From the NCBI GenBank assembly GCA_028534125.1, contig CM052832.1, positions 25,358,001 to 25,422,000 of the forward strand: a DNA stretch of 64,000 nucleotides. Direction: 5' to 3'. Positions 37,411 to 49,899 of this stretch are shown piece by piece (the first letter of the stretch is position 1; the number at the start of each line of letters is the position of its first letter). Origin of the DNA: Lama glama. Its lineage: Eukaryota. The notes below the pieces were generated by a model. The model did not search any database and had not been told where the DNA came from. It saw nothing but the letters and a program-made list of their open reading frames with translations. The translations under genes and the position numbers were made by a program.

Positions 37411-37603
37411 AAGAATAGCAGTAAAAGGAGGGGCTTGATCTCAGTTCTGCTTGTGGCCACCCGCCCTTCCCCAAGGTGTGCAAGGCCTTCACAGTTTGAA
37501 CTGAATGGTAGTCCTCCATGTCTCTGCAAAATTCGCTCACTCACCTTGGAATGCTTCTCTCCTTTTTGCCTTAATTCCTTCTCACTCTTCAAAACTTAAC
37601 ATA

Positions 37604-38454
37604 GTATATACCCCAAAGAACTGAAGGCAGGATATTGAAGAGGCATTTATTTACCCATGTTCATAGCAGCATTATTCACAAGAGCCAAAAGGTGGAAGCA
37701 ACCCTAGTGTTCATTGAAGGATGAATGGATAAAACAAAATATGGTTTATACCACTGCCCCTCAGTATCCACCGGGGAATGGGTCTAGGACCCCCTACAGA
37801 TACTAAGATCCTCNNNNNNNNNNNNNNNNNNNNNNNNNNNNNNNNNNNNNNNNNNNNNNNNNNNNNNNNNNNNNNNNNNNNNNNNNNNNNNNNNNNNNNN
37901 NNNNNNNNNNNNNNNNNNNNNNNNNNNNNNNNNNNNNNNNNNNNNNNNNNNNNNNNNNNNNNNNNNNNNNNNNNNNNNNNNNNNNNNNNNNNNNNGTTTT
38001 TTAATCATTTTGATTGATGGTTGAATCCACAGATGCAGAACTCACGGCTATGGAGTACATGCAATGGAATGTTATTCAGCTTTAAAAAGGAAGGACATTT
38101 TGATGCATACTACAATAGGGATGAACCTTGAGGACATGATGCTAAGTGAAATAAGGCAGTCTCAAAGGGCAAATACTGTATGATTCCACTTATATGAAGT
38201 GCTTAGAATAGTCAAATTTATACAGACAGGAAGAGGAATGGTGGTTGTCACCGGCTGGAGGGAGGGGGAGGGAGAAATTAGTGTTTANNNNNNNNNNNNN
38301 NNNNNNNNNNNNNNNNNNNNNNNNNNNNNNNNNNNNNNNNNNNNNNNNNNNNNNNNNNNNNNNNNNNNNNNNNNNNNNNNNNNNNNNNNNNNNNNNNNNN
38401 NNNNNNNNNNNNNNNNNNNNNNNNNNNNNNNNNATTAAAATAAATTAATTAAAA
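37604..38454 (+). mobile_element. L1MB-type LINE-1 3' portion containing a MER2 insertion and two gaps (37814-37995, 38288-38433)
   Basis: cccatgttcatagcagcattattcacaagagccaaaaggtggaagcaacc...atgaaccttgaggacatgatgctaagtgaa; TSD aa(a/g)acttaacata. Confidence 0.88.
37751..38058. mobile_element. MER2 (TcMar-Tigger) DNA transposon
   Basis: ccctcagtatccaccggggaatgggtctaggacccc...ggttgaatccacagatgcagaac. Confidence 0.8.
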
Positions 38455-39605
38455 AAGACTTAACATAAACATTGTCTTCTAAAACCTTCTTCTGATCCCC
38501 TCAGTCTGGGATGGGTATTCCTTCTACTTGATCCCAGCGCACACAATACTATTTTCATTACTAAACCATCTCCCACTTTTTTTTTTATATCGTTGGGACA
38601 TATGGTATCAATAATGTAAAACACTTAGCATCTTACCTATGTTGTTATTATAACATTTACCAGTTGGATTATAACTTTTCTTACTAGTCTGTCTTTTTAG
38701 ATCATAAAATCTTGGAAGACAAGAGTTTACTCTTTTATCTGTGTGCCTCCGAAGCCTATATATATAGCAAGGTATCTGGCACGTGGATTTATCAAAAACC
38801 TAAATGAAAGTGAAATGGTTAATTCATGGAACCCTAGAGCCAGAAAGAATCTTTGGAGAGCGAGGAGGACATTGCATCCACCCTCCTGAAAACTGAGAGC
38901 ATCTACATCAAGTGCATTGCACAATTCCTACACATAGTAGGCATTTAATAAATGTGAGTTGTTCCTTTTCCTCTCGTTTTACAGAGAAAGGGATTGAGGT
39001 TGACAGAGGTGAAGTAATTGGCTCAGAGTTAAACAGCTTAGTAACAGAAGAGACAAGAGCCACATCTTCTGGTCCAGTGAATCTTTTTTTTCCCCTATTA
39101 CATGGGAAACATGGGCTGTGGGAGTGACCCTTGACCCCAACAGTAATAGGCTTACAAATAACTTTTTATTACAGAAAGATTGAAACCTAAGTTTGAAAGT
39201 AGGGAGGATGGCATTAAGAGCACTATGTACCCATCACTCAGCTCCAATGATTCTCAACTCTTTGACCATCTTTCTTCAATCTATATCCCTCTAGAACCCC
39301 TCCTCCCCTCCAGAGTATTTGAGGCTAATTCTAAGTATCTTATCAAATTCTAACTGTATTTTTCATGAAATTCTTTTTCTTTTTTTCTAACACATTTATT
39401 GTGGTTTGATTCCTGTACAGTAAACTATACATATTTCAGATGTACAATTTCACGAATTTTGATAGATGTACACACCTATGAAATTACCACCACAATCAAG
39501 ACAGCTAACATTTCCATCACTCCCCAAGAGGAGCAAATGCCTTCTTTCTTCCAAAATCTACCAGTCCTTCAAGACCCATTTCAGGAACTTTGCCCTACCT
39601 AAAAC

Positions 39606-39806
39606 TTTTTTTTGTTTTTTAAATTGAAGTGTGGTCAATGTTGTGTCATTGTTTATAATGTTGTGTCAGTTTCTGGTGTACAGCATAATAGTTCAGTCAT
39701 ACATATATATATACATTTATTCCTTTTCATATTCTTTTTCATTATAGGTTACTACAAGATATTGAATATGGTTCCCTGTGCTATACAGTATAAACTTATT
39801 GTTTAT
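39606..39806 (-). mobile_element. Young 5'-truncated LINE-1 3' end
   Basis: Antisense L1 3' UTR; TSD ctacctaaaac (39595-39605 / 39807-39817). Confidence 0.92.
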
Positions 39807-40434
39807 CTACCTAAAACCTTTTTTAGATGGGCCCCACCCTTGGAATGAGCTGGCTTTTACAGTCACAGCACAGTTTTGCCCTTAATTATGATTTAATTGT
39901 TTCACCTCTATCAGTTTTGCCTCTTGAACAAGATCGCAGGCTCCTTGATAGCAAGGATTCTGTCAAATTCTTCTCATTCCTTCTGCCTGCACCCCAAGGC
40001 CACTGACAGCAGTCAGCTCATACTAAATGTTTGTGACAGTGTGTTGATTAATCTTTGCACACTCACATTTTCAAAATTTAGTTGAATCTGTGCAGTGATC
40101 TTGCCCCAAATATCAAATTTGAATCTGACCTGTTCTCATGATCCAACTTCAAATTTTTAAGAAAATAGGACAGAGGCCATTACAAGGATGCAAGCTGAAA
40201 AATCTACATTGTAGGAAACTTTACAGGAAAAGTTTCTTCAACACATAAATTTCAACGGGAAAAAAAAAAAAAAAAACAGATGGAGGGGAACACAGATGAA
40301 CTGACAACCAACCACAGTATGTGAACTTTCTGCGGATTCTAACCCAAGCAAACCAACCAAACAAAATTTATGACATTTATGAGATAGTTAAACATTTAGT
40401 GAATAGTTTATGATGTGAAGGGTTTGATTTTAAT

Positions 40435-40775
40435 TTACCATTTGAAAAAATCGTGGTAAAGTATGTACACCTAACATAAAACTCACCATTTTAATCACTT
40501 TTCGGTATATAGCTCAGTGGTATTGAGTATATTTACCCCCGTCCAACCACAGAACTCTATTCATCTTGCAAAACTGAAACTGCACCCATTAAGCAATAAC
40601 CTGCATTCCCTCCTCCCCCAGCCACTGGCAACCACCATTCCACTTTTTGTCTCTATAAATTTACTACTCTAAGAGCCTTATGTAAGTGGAATTATACAGT
40701 ATTTGTTCTTTGGTGATGGACTTATTTCACTCGGCATAATGTCCTCAAGGTTCGTCTATGTTGTAGCCTGTGTCA
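40435..40775 (-). mobile_element. L1MB-type 3' fragment inside an older L1MC remnant (about 40100-41045)
   Basis: ccagccactggcaaccaccattccactttttgtctctat...gtggaattatacagtatttg. Confidence 0.85.
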
Positions 40776-41060
40776 AAAGGGTATTTTTTGTTCTTTGAGG
40801 TCGTAATTGTTTTGTGTTTTGTTTAAAAAAAAAAAAAAGCTCCACACTGAAATATTTATGGATGAAATGATAGAAAGTCTGGGATTTCCTCCAAGATTAA
40901 CCTGGTGGGACAGTGGCTGGGGATGCAGTTGAAATAGGATTAGCTGCAAGTTATTAATTGTTGCAGCTGGTGATAGGTACATAGGGGGCCATTATAATAT
41001 GTCTATTTTGATTGATGTTTGACATTTTTCATAATAAATTGCTTTTAAAAAAGTATCTGG

Positions 41061-41185
41061 TGGGAGGGGGGAGGGTACAGCTCAGTGGTAGAATGCTTAG
41101 CAGGCACTAGGTCCTGGGTTCAATCCCCAGTACCGCCTCTAAAATAAATAATAAACCTAATTACCCCCCAAACAAAAACAAAAAC
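41061..41185 (+). mobile_element. Camelid tRNA-derived SINE (Vic-1-like)
   Basis: gctcagtggtaga...ggtcctgggttcaatccccagtacc...taaacctaattacc; perfect 14-bp TSD aaaaaagtatctgg (41047-41060 / 41186-41199). Confidence 0.95.
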
Positions 41186-42061
41186 AAAAAAGTATCTGGA
41201 AGGGGATGTGCGGATCATTTAACACTCTCCTGTCCTCTGTGGCTCTCTTCTCTCTTGCAGTGAGGACACCGTGGTCCAGGAGAGCCATGACCTTTGTTCT
41301 CAGTTGGGCCAGGACTGGAGCCTGGGCAGAACGGTTTACATGGGTGCTCGGTGCCCAGGGAAACACGGAGAAGGGTGTATATAAATCAGGCATCCCTTGG
41401 CTACTCTTGTTGATAGATTGGTCTCCAGCACTGTTAGAATCTGGGTAGGTGTGCAGAATCCAGACACCCAAAGTCAAGGGATTTGTCCTTTGCTTGTTCC
41501 CTGCGTGTGTGGATTTATTCAGCATTACCCAGCCCGTCTTAGGCCCAGAGGGGCCCACACTGAGGAACAAGAGGTGAACCTCCCAGCGCGCCCTATCTTG
41601 GGCTTGTCAACTGTCAGTCGGAGCGGAGGGGAGGGCTGGTGCCAAACAGCCTCATTGTATTAAGCTGGGTGAGAGCTGGCTCATCCCAGGGAATAGAAAG
41701 TACATTGCTTCCCTCTAGGAGTTGAATTAACTCTTTCAGGCCAATAGAATTAGTTCAGTAATGACTATCCTGTCGCCTTAGGACTTCCCCAATGGTGTTT
41801 TTAATGAGCTGTGTCTACCCCTTGCTACCCATGCCACAATTTAACGGAATTGACTGGCAAACTCAGCCAACAACAGGTTTGACTAATGTTTTTTTCTCGG
41901 AATAGACCAGGTGTTCTTGTGAAGGGATCAATTCACTGCTTGCTTCAGAACTGAGAAGGCGCAACCTCGTTAGAGGCTGCGGGTAGATGAGCTCCCTAAT
42001 CCTCATTCATTTTCAGAGTAGGGATTGTAGTTCCTTGCACCCTAGCCCATCAGCGGGTCTT

Positions 42062-42273
42062 NNNNNNNNNNNNNNNNNNNNNNNNNNNNNNNNNNNNNNN
42101 NNNNNNNNNNNNNNNNNNNNNNNNNNNNNNNNNNNNNNNNNNNNNNNNNNNNNNNNNNNNNNNNNNNNNNNNNNNNNNNNNNNNNNNNNNNNNNNNNNNN
42201 NNNNNNNNNNNNNNNNNNNNNNNNNNNNNNNNNNNNNNNNNNNNNNNNNNNNNNNNNNNNNNNNNNNNNNNNN
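42062..42273. other. Assembly gap (N run)
   Basis: 212 Ns within otherwise unique sequence. Confidence 1.
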
Positions 42274-42922
42274 AGTGTTTATAATTGCACAGCTCTGAAA
42301 TGCAAAAAAAAAAAAAGTCTACTTTTATTTGCAATCTTTTTATTTGTATCTTGCCTCCACTTCCCGCCGCAGCAAAGAAGGTTGGAGAAATAGGAAAAGT
42401 AAGGATGAGTATTTTTAAGTTAAAAACCATCTTGGGAGGTTTTAAGGACTTCTCTTCACTTTCTTTTAAGCAGAAAAGCAGTGATGTTGCCCGCAACTGG
42501 CCTTTGAAGAGAAGGCAGGGGAATTGACGCCTAAGTAGGTTGCTCAGTGGCTCCTATTTGAGAGCTAAATTTGCTCTGTGAGACCATCAGAGTGCCATTT
42601 AGTACCTTGGAAAAGATAATTAAACCAAATATGAGCCTGGCGTCTTGAAAGGGTTAAGTCTTCTCTCAAGGCCCCCAGTTTATTTCTAGAGAGTACATGT
42701 TCCCGTTGGCCGCCTCCCCCATCCCAGGATGGCACCCTCTGTGTCCTAGTCCTCTGCGCAGCTGGGGCGGTGCAGCTGGAGTGGAGCACCCAGGACCTCC
42801 CCCCAAATTAAGTGCCTTCAGAGTCAGGCTCTCCCTGCGCAGTTACCCCAAGGAGTCTACCGTCTGTTGGATGTTAGCACACAGATTTGTCTTTTGTGGC
42901 TGCTGTGTGTTAATTAACTCTT

Positions 42923-43048
42923 TTTGGAGGGGTTGAGGAAAAGGTACTTAGGTTTCTTTATTTATTTTAAAGGAAGTACTGGGGATTGAACCCGGGAGCT
43001 CATGCATGCTCAGCACACACTGTACCACTGAGCTATACCCACCCTTCC
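42923..43048 (-). mobile_element. Camelid tRNA-derived SINE (Vic-1-like)
   Basis: gtactggggattgaacccggg...taccactgagctataccc; TSD tta(a/g)ttaactctt (42910-42922 / 43049-43061). Confidence 0.93.
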
Positions 43049-43639
43049 TTAGTTAACTCTTACTAAAGCAATGCAACCATAAAGCCAGGAGGGCACCTGC
43101 TGTTCCTCGGGGCGTCAGTTTTGGAGTTAGGCACACTTGGGTTTGGATCGTGACCCTCACCCTTTCTGGCTGGGTGATGTTATTTAGAACTCTAAACTTT
43201 AGTTCTTTTCTCTGTAAAATGGGTTCGCTAGGGAAGTAGGGCTTTCCATGGAGGAAGACTCAGGGAGCGCTGTTGCTCAGGCCTGGCTCGGAGTGAGTTC
43301 TCAGTCACTGTTACCCATTGTTATTTCTGTTGTTATTACAAGCCCTCACTCTCTGGGCTGTGTGTCCTGCTTCCCCTGATGAACTGCTCCACGTCTTCTC
43401 TGTGAGGTTTCTACAGCTTTACCCCTACTGTGTTTCCTGCATAGTTTGTGGGTGTGTTTGTGATAGCCCTTAAGACATTGTATTGAAACTGCTTGTTTAC
43501 CCTACTTGACGGTGGCTGCAGGCATTAAAGTATGTGCCTGGCACTGGGCAGGCAATCAGTGAAATGTAACTTCGTTTTACTTATTAAATGTCTGTCTCAG
43601 TAGGCACAGTTTTATCCAACAAATGATCACGGAATGTCT

Positions 43640-43800
43640 ACTGTAAGCAATGGAACCCTTACAACAAGTCTAGGAAGTCGATACTATTACCGTCCCCATT
43701 TTACAGTGGAGGAGGAGGCTTGGAGCGGTCAAGTCAGTTGCCCAAAGCCAGCTAGAAGTAAGGGAGCAGAGCTGGGATTCAAACAGAAGACTGTGGGAGC
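43640..43800 (-). mobile_element. MIR SINE
   Basis: tattaccgtccccattttacagtggagga...cagagctgggattcaaac. Confidence 0.8.
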
Positions 43801-43929
43801 TGGGACAACATGGTGTCTATCTTAGACATTAGCACAGCTCCTGACACATGGTAAATGCATCATTAATGCTGAGTGGCTGCACTGGAGTCAGCTGTCAGTC
43901 TTCTCCCTACCAAGCTAAAGAGGAGCCCA

Positions 43930-44290
43930 GTGAGTCTTAGTTCAGCCCTCTGTGCTGTCCTTCGGCTGTTTGTTCTCGGATCCAGGACCCATACGTCCCC
44001 TCATCTGCTCTGGATCACTCACAATGGGCTGATCAGCAAAAGCATCTCCCAGGCTCCCTTGCTGACTGGCCTCCAGCTAGGTTCAGCCAATGGGAGGCTG
44101 CCCTGGGGGAGCTGCAACCATGGAGGAGGTGGAGCCATGGCCAAAGATGCTACTAAAGACAGAGATGAAGGGGGAGAAATATTGTGACTTCTCCATTCCT
44201 TCTGCTCCCCTGTCTCCATCCAGCCAGTGGCAAGGGGCCCTGAGAGATGGAGTTTGCACAGCTCAGCAGCTCAGTTCCCCTGTGATGTAG
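43930..44290 (+). mobile_element. LTR33-like (ERVL) LTR remnant
   Basis: ggctcccttgctgactggcctccagctaggttcagccaatgggagg. Confidence 0.65.
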
Positions 44291-44723
44291 GACAGAGGGG
44301 CAGTAAATAAATCTGAGAGCAATCAGGCAAACTGTCTCTCCTCTCTAGGTCAGAATTTCTTCCAATCAGGAGCTTGGCTTAGATACATACAGAATATCCT
44401 AAATTGGGAGAGGCTATCTGGAAAAGGAAAGAGTGGTGGTGAGGAGCAGGGTAGGGAGCAAATGTCTCTTTTGGAGTTCTATTATTGGCTTTTTTTTTTT
44501 TTTTTGCTGGTTGACCGGGGCTTGTGAAACAAGTCAAAGTGTATTTTGATATGTGTTTTTAACTTGCATAATTAAAAAAAAATACCCATTTACCTTGTGA
44601 AAAATGGCCACTTATCCTGAAGTTGTTGTATTCACTTAAGACTCCCACTAGAGTGGTCACGGGAACATTGCTCATGAATTTGTGCCAGAATGAGACTCGT
44701 CAATAGCTCACTTAATAAATATA

Positions 44724-44911
44724 NNNNNNNNNNNNNNNNNNNNNNNNNNNNNNNNNNNNNNNNNNNNNNNNNNNNNNNNNNNNNNNNNNNNNNNNNNNNN
44801 NNNNNNNNNNNNNNNNNNNNNNNNNNNNNNNNNNNNNNNNNNNNNNNNNNNNNNNNNNNNNNNNNNNNNNNNNNNNNNNNNNNNNNNNNNNNNNNNNNNN
44901 NNNNNNNNNNN
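44724..44911. other. Assembly gap (N run)
   Basis: 188 Ns. Confidence 1.
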
Positions 44912-45471
44912 TTTTATCCGAAGAAGGTTAATCATGATAGTCTTTGGAGCCTACAAAGCTTCTAATATTGGGTAGAGTTAGTGAAAGATATTTGTGTGAA
45001 TAAAATGTTTTGCTTATTTTAAGATGTTATTAAAAAAAAAAAAACAACCCACCTTTGTTGAAATCCTTGAAGGAACTAATACGGGGAAAGATATGGATTC
45101 TTAAGTACGAGGCATTCACAAAACCCATGTTTCCTTAGCAAAATTCTGTGTATTGGATAAGGAATCTTTTTATATAAAAAGAAAACAGACAAGAAAGGGA
45201 GAGACACCACAAAACTCCTTCCTTGTCAAGTGGCAGAGACCTAGTTAATGAGGACAACATTTCAGAGTTCCATGGCAGGTCTATAAAACCTGGGCCCTCT
45301 TTCTTTCCTTTTTCTCTCATTGATTTTCCTTTTTGGCCTCCCCGGTGCCTTCCAAGACTGGCTTAAATTGTCAAACAGGCCATACTTTATGATGTTTACC
45401 TCCGATTCCACATACAGCCCTGGGCCCACCTCTTCTGTCCTTGCTTCCTCTCTCTTCCTCTCCAGCTCTAA

Positions 45472-45640
45472 GCCTGAGGTTCTCACATGTTACTGTGCAC
45501 AAGGATCACAGGAGATGTTGGGTTAAAAATTCAGATTCCTGGGCCCTGGGGTCCAGGATTCTGATCCAGTGATTCTGTGTGGAGGTCCAGGAATCTGGAG
45601 TTTTACCAAACACCTTAAGTACTTCTGTCGTAGGTGTTGA
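45472..45640. mobile_element. MER5-family hAT-Charlie element
   Basis: ttaaaaattcagattcctgggccc...ccaggaatctggagttttaccaaacac. Confidence 0.7.
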
Positions 45641-46732
45641 GATATGCTGTTAAGTTATTGGATAAGACATGACCCTTTACCAGGGCATCTTCACTTTATT
45701 GGGGGAGGAAGGGTTCTTTGTGAACCTGCAGACGTCGGCCATCTGAGTGTCTAGAGAGGTTCTATGAGGAGCACCGCTTCCTGGCAAATCCTGTCGCCCC
45801 ATCAGCAGTTCTTTTTCCTTTGCTTCCTGCCCCCTCTTTTCCCTGTAGCAGTGGTGGGGAGTTGGGGGAAGGTGGGCCCCTGAGGTCTAAGGGGATCATC
45901 TGTCTCTAGCTTGAATTTCAAGGACCGGGAGAGTCCATGACCCTCATTTTTAGTAGACTACTTTCCGGCTTTGTTAGGTTTTTAAAATTTAAGTCAAGCT
46001 GAAAAGTAATCAAAACCTGTACTCAGAATTTGCCTTACACATAAGAAGTTACTTCTGTAACATGAATTGAGGGGAATCGACTCTGATTTCAAAAATGGCT
46101 CCCTACCACCTGTCAACGTACCTGAAATCCTACCGTTACAAATGATGGCCTTTGGACCCTGGAAAATTGTTAGGCCTGCAAAGTCTAGCTGTTACAATGT
46201 ATGTACTGCTGCGCCAGTAACACCTTAAACGGGAGTCTTGAGCATCTTGGTGATAGCCTGAGACGGCTGGAGTTGGGACCAAAAAGAATGGGGGGAGGGT
46301 AGAAGAAAGGGGAGTTCCACTGAATGCTGGTTATGTTCTCAGGGGAGAAAAATGTCACCTTTTCTCCCTGTACTTATTCTAACCACTTGTACTGTAAGCA
46401 AATAAGAAAATTTAAGTTGAAGGAAAACAAACAAACAAACCAAGGAGAAGTAGCTCTTTGGATGAATTCCAGACAAACTGAAGTAATTCCTATAACACTG
46501 CAAATCAACTCTCCAAAGTCTGAACATATCATGTAGTGGAAATGTCTTTTTTCTGTGTATGTTTTTTGATATCGGTATATGAGAGTAACAATATACTATA
46601 TTTGTATAACATAATACACACTGAAATCAATTTAAAGTGTCACTTTAAATTACTGAAGGCCAATGTAGTAAGTTTGACATATTAGGTAAGAGTATTCAAT
46701 ATAATTTTAAATTCTGCGATTAGAAAAGGGAA

Positions 46733-46955
46733 AGTGGGGGGGGGGGATAAATTAGGAGCATGGGATTAACAGATACAAACTAGTAAACCTAAAACAGACA
46801 AGCAGCAAGGATTTACTGTAAAGCACCGGGAACTTGTATCTTGTAACAATATCTTGTAATCCTGGAATGGAAAATAATCTGAAAAAAAAGATGAGTTACT
46901 TTGCTATACACCTAAAATTAACACATATTATAAGTCAGCTATACTTCAATTTAAA
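46733..46955 (+). mobile_element. LINE-1 3' UTR fragment
   Basis: gggataaattaggagcatgggattaacagatacaaacta...ctatacttcaatttaaaaa. Confidence 0.88.
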
Positions 46956-47451
46956 AAATGGGGAAATTTTAGAAGTATGTATTTGAGTCACACAAATTGT
47001 ATTAAATTATGTCTCCAAAACACGGTCTCCTTTTGAACAATTGTAGAAATAAATTTTTTTGAGGAGTCACAGATCAGCCTTCATTTTTCTCTTTATTCTT
47101 TTTTCCTCTTATTTTGCCACTTCCCTCAGTTAGTACTTTATCTACAAAAGTTACTCCTAGCACGTGTGCGCACAAAGTCGCTCTCTGAGCTGAGAACATA
47201 AAGTGGCCTCTTAGATGAGCTCGGGCCTGAGACAGCACGCTCTGTTAGGGGCTCTCCCTCCTGGTGGTGGCTCTGAGGAGTCTTACGACATTGGCAGGTT
47301 CTCTTTGGATGCCTTGATTTCCCCACTGATAAAGTAGAGATAGCAATTTCCATTTTTCCAAAATGGATTCATAAGATACCATCTGTGAACCTTCCTGAAA
47401 TCTGGGGTGAAAGCGGCTTATAAGTGCCCTTGTTTCTGTTCTCATTAGCAT

Positions 47452-47638
47452 TATTTTTTTTAAAAAAAGTATTCTTATTGAAGTATAGTCAGTTTACAAT
47501 ATTGTGTCAATTTCCGGTGTACAGCACAATGCTTCAGTCATATAGGAACATACATATATTCGTTTTCATATTCTATTTTCACCATAAATTACTACAAGAT
47601 ATTGAACACGCTTCCCTGTGCTACACAGTATAAATTTA
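47452..47638 (-). mobile_element. Young 5'-truncated LINE-1 3' end
   Basis: ttattgaagtatagtcagtttacaat...ccctgtgctacacagta; TSD tctcattagcat (47440-47451 / 47639-47650). Confidence 0.93.
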
Positions 47639-49229
47639 TCTCATTAGCATCATTGCAGTTACACCTGGGGACTTTCATTTGACTCAACACCCCCTTGCAT
47701 GCAGTCATTTTGTAAGAAGTACTTGGTTTTGACATTTACTCTGAGATAAGGGGAGGGAAAGTTCCCCCCTTCACCCCCAAAATAATCCAAATAAGATCTA
47801 TCTTATAGCAAATTGAAACTTTCTGTTAATGTACTTTCCTTCAACTTTAGGGAAAATTGCTTTCTGCTAGAATCTCTCCTTTGACAGTCTAACATTTGGT
47901 GTATCATTTTAAACTCCACATTTTAGCACTTGTTTTACATTGAAGCAAAAGTTGCTAAACTGTGAAGAGTCTAGTAAGATCCGTTGTAGCCACTGCAAAG
48001 GAGCAATTCTGATTCCAGGCATTAAGGCTGCAACAATTTGAGCCACACATGTTCCATCTAATCAGACAGCACCCCCCCCCCACAACACCAATTAGATGGT
48101 TTAGGGACTTTGCTTTCACATTGCCTAGGCCCTAAGCAACGGCAGAATGTGTGTATTACAAACAAGTGTTCAAACATGGATCTGCTTTTAATACTCTATC
48201 CAAGTCACCAAGTGTGTGCATTTGCTTGGAGAATTGCACACTCGGCTGCAGGCCCTTGCACATTTATACCCATGCACGGCCTTAATGGGAAACATTTGAG
48301 TCTGGTTGCAAAGATTTGCTCAGTGTGAAATCTGTTCCTAACACAATGGTCAGATTGAAAGGAGTTTCATTACATGGCTGGGTATTTCTTCTTTCTTTGG
48401 GGAATAGAAAAGGTGACTGCAATACTTTTCAGTTTATAGTTACCACAAAACTTCATAATCTTAACCTCAAAATCTACTCCTAAATTTATACAGAGGACCA
48501 GAGGCCTTGAGCTGGCTGCCACTGCCTGTTTGATCTTGGTTAAGTTCCAAAAAGCCAGGGAGAGTTCAAAGCAGGGCCAGGGGCAACTGCACACTTTAAT
48601 CCACACTCCCCTTTTCCTTCCGTCTGTAGTCTCCCTCTCCATCCTCTGGTATGAACCACAGTATATATCCATTTCAATAACCCTAGACACTGTAGATTCT
48701 AGAACAACAAGGAACGCGTCTTTCCTTATTGATACTGACAGGCCCTTTGGTCAGAAAACGTCCCTCAACAGATGTTAGGGAATGTGGTCATAAACCAGAA
48801 AGGTATCTGTTACAACTTTTAAGGCCATTTTATTTCTAGCTCTCTGAATTCCACTGGATAAGGTTTAATTCCGCCCCCAATCTTCTTTTTCTTCAGAAAC
48901 CCCTCTTGAGGGTTTAGGATACAGAAAAGTAGTTATGGCTTAAGGTAAGTTGCTGACTTTGCTTTTGTATTGGTTACCCCTTCCCCATCTTCCCACAAAG
49001 AAATAAAGAGAGAACATAAAGGACAATTACGAAGCCACACCAATAATAAAATAAGAACAAGTTCTTCAAGGTCATTATTTGAGGGACTATATTTGGAAAT
49101 TGAATAATGCCATTTTTTCCAACCTAAGTACTCTGGGCGTTATTTCAGTCCAGTCATGTTGTTCGAAGATAGTTTTAGATTGTTTTAACTCTAGCTAAAG
49201 AATACATTCATTGATATCAAAAAGAACTG

Positions 49230-49319
49230 GGGGGATGGGTTTAGCTCATTGGTACAGCCCGTGCTTAGCATGGACGAGGGCCTGGGTTCAATCCCCAGTA
49301 CATCCATTTAGGAACAAAA
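49230..49319 (+). mobile_element. Camelid tRNA-derived SINE (short form)
   Basis: tagctcattggtaca...cctgggttcaatccccagtac; TSD aaaaagaa(c/t)tg. Confidence 0.88.
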
Positions 49320-49899
49320 AAAAAGAATTGAATTGTACCCTGACTTTGAGGTGAGTTACTGAGTATGACTTGATCTGAAATTCACTTTCTGTCAGATGGG
49401 CCTCCCAGCATCAGTGAATTCAGCTTAAGATTTCCAGTGATGCCACAGGCACCATCATAAATAAATGAAACTGGAGCTTTACTGTTCAGTAAGATCTTCT
49501 TTCCCAAGTGGATTTATTCCCTATAACATAAAGCAAACACGTATGACAAACAAACAATGAAATTGAGGACTAAAAGGGACAGACATGGATGGTATGCTGA
49601 CACGGTGACAGTGGAGATGACTGTGTGTGGCTTTGCTCCTAAGTCACCCAGAGCCCAGGTGAGTCCTCTGCTTGCTGAGATAAACATTCCTAATGTCCCA
49701 CTTTTGCAGGCCCCGACCCCCCCCCTCACACCCAGCTCTGAATTGGGGCAGGAGTGGGAATGAGAGCTGTTCTGTCCATATTTTCTTTGCAGAGCTTCTG
49801 AACACTGCACAAGGAATGTGCAGGTTCCAGTGGGGGACGTCTGACAATGCAAATGGAAGGGAAGGTTTGAGCATTAATGGTGTGTATGTGTGTGTGTGT

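Noticed and set aside
34585-49665. Isolated consensus donors (cag|gtaagt near 34592 and 35064, aag|gtaagt near 48945, cag|gtgagt near 49659)
   Set aside because: No convincing paired acceptor, and two lie in MIR/L2 repeats; such 9-mers occur by chance.
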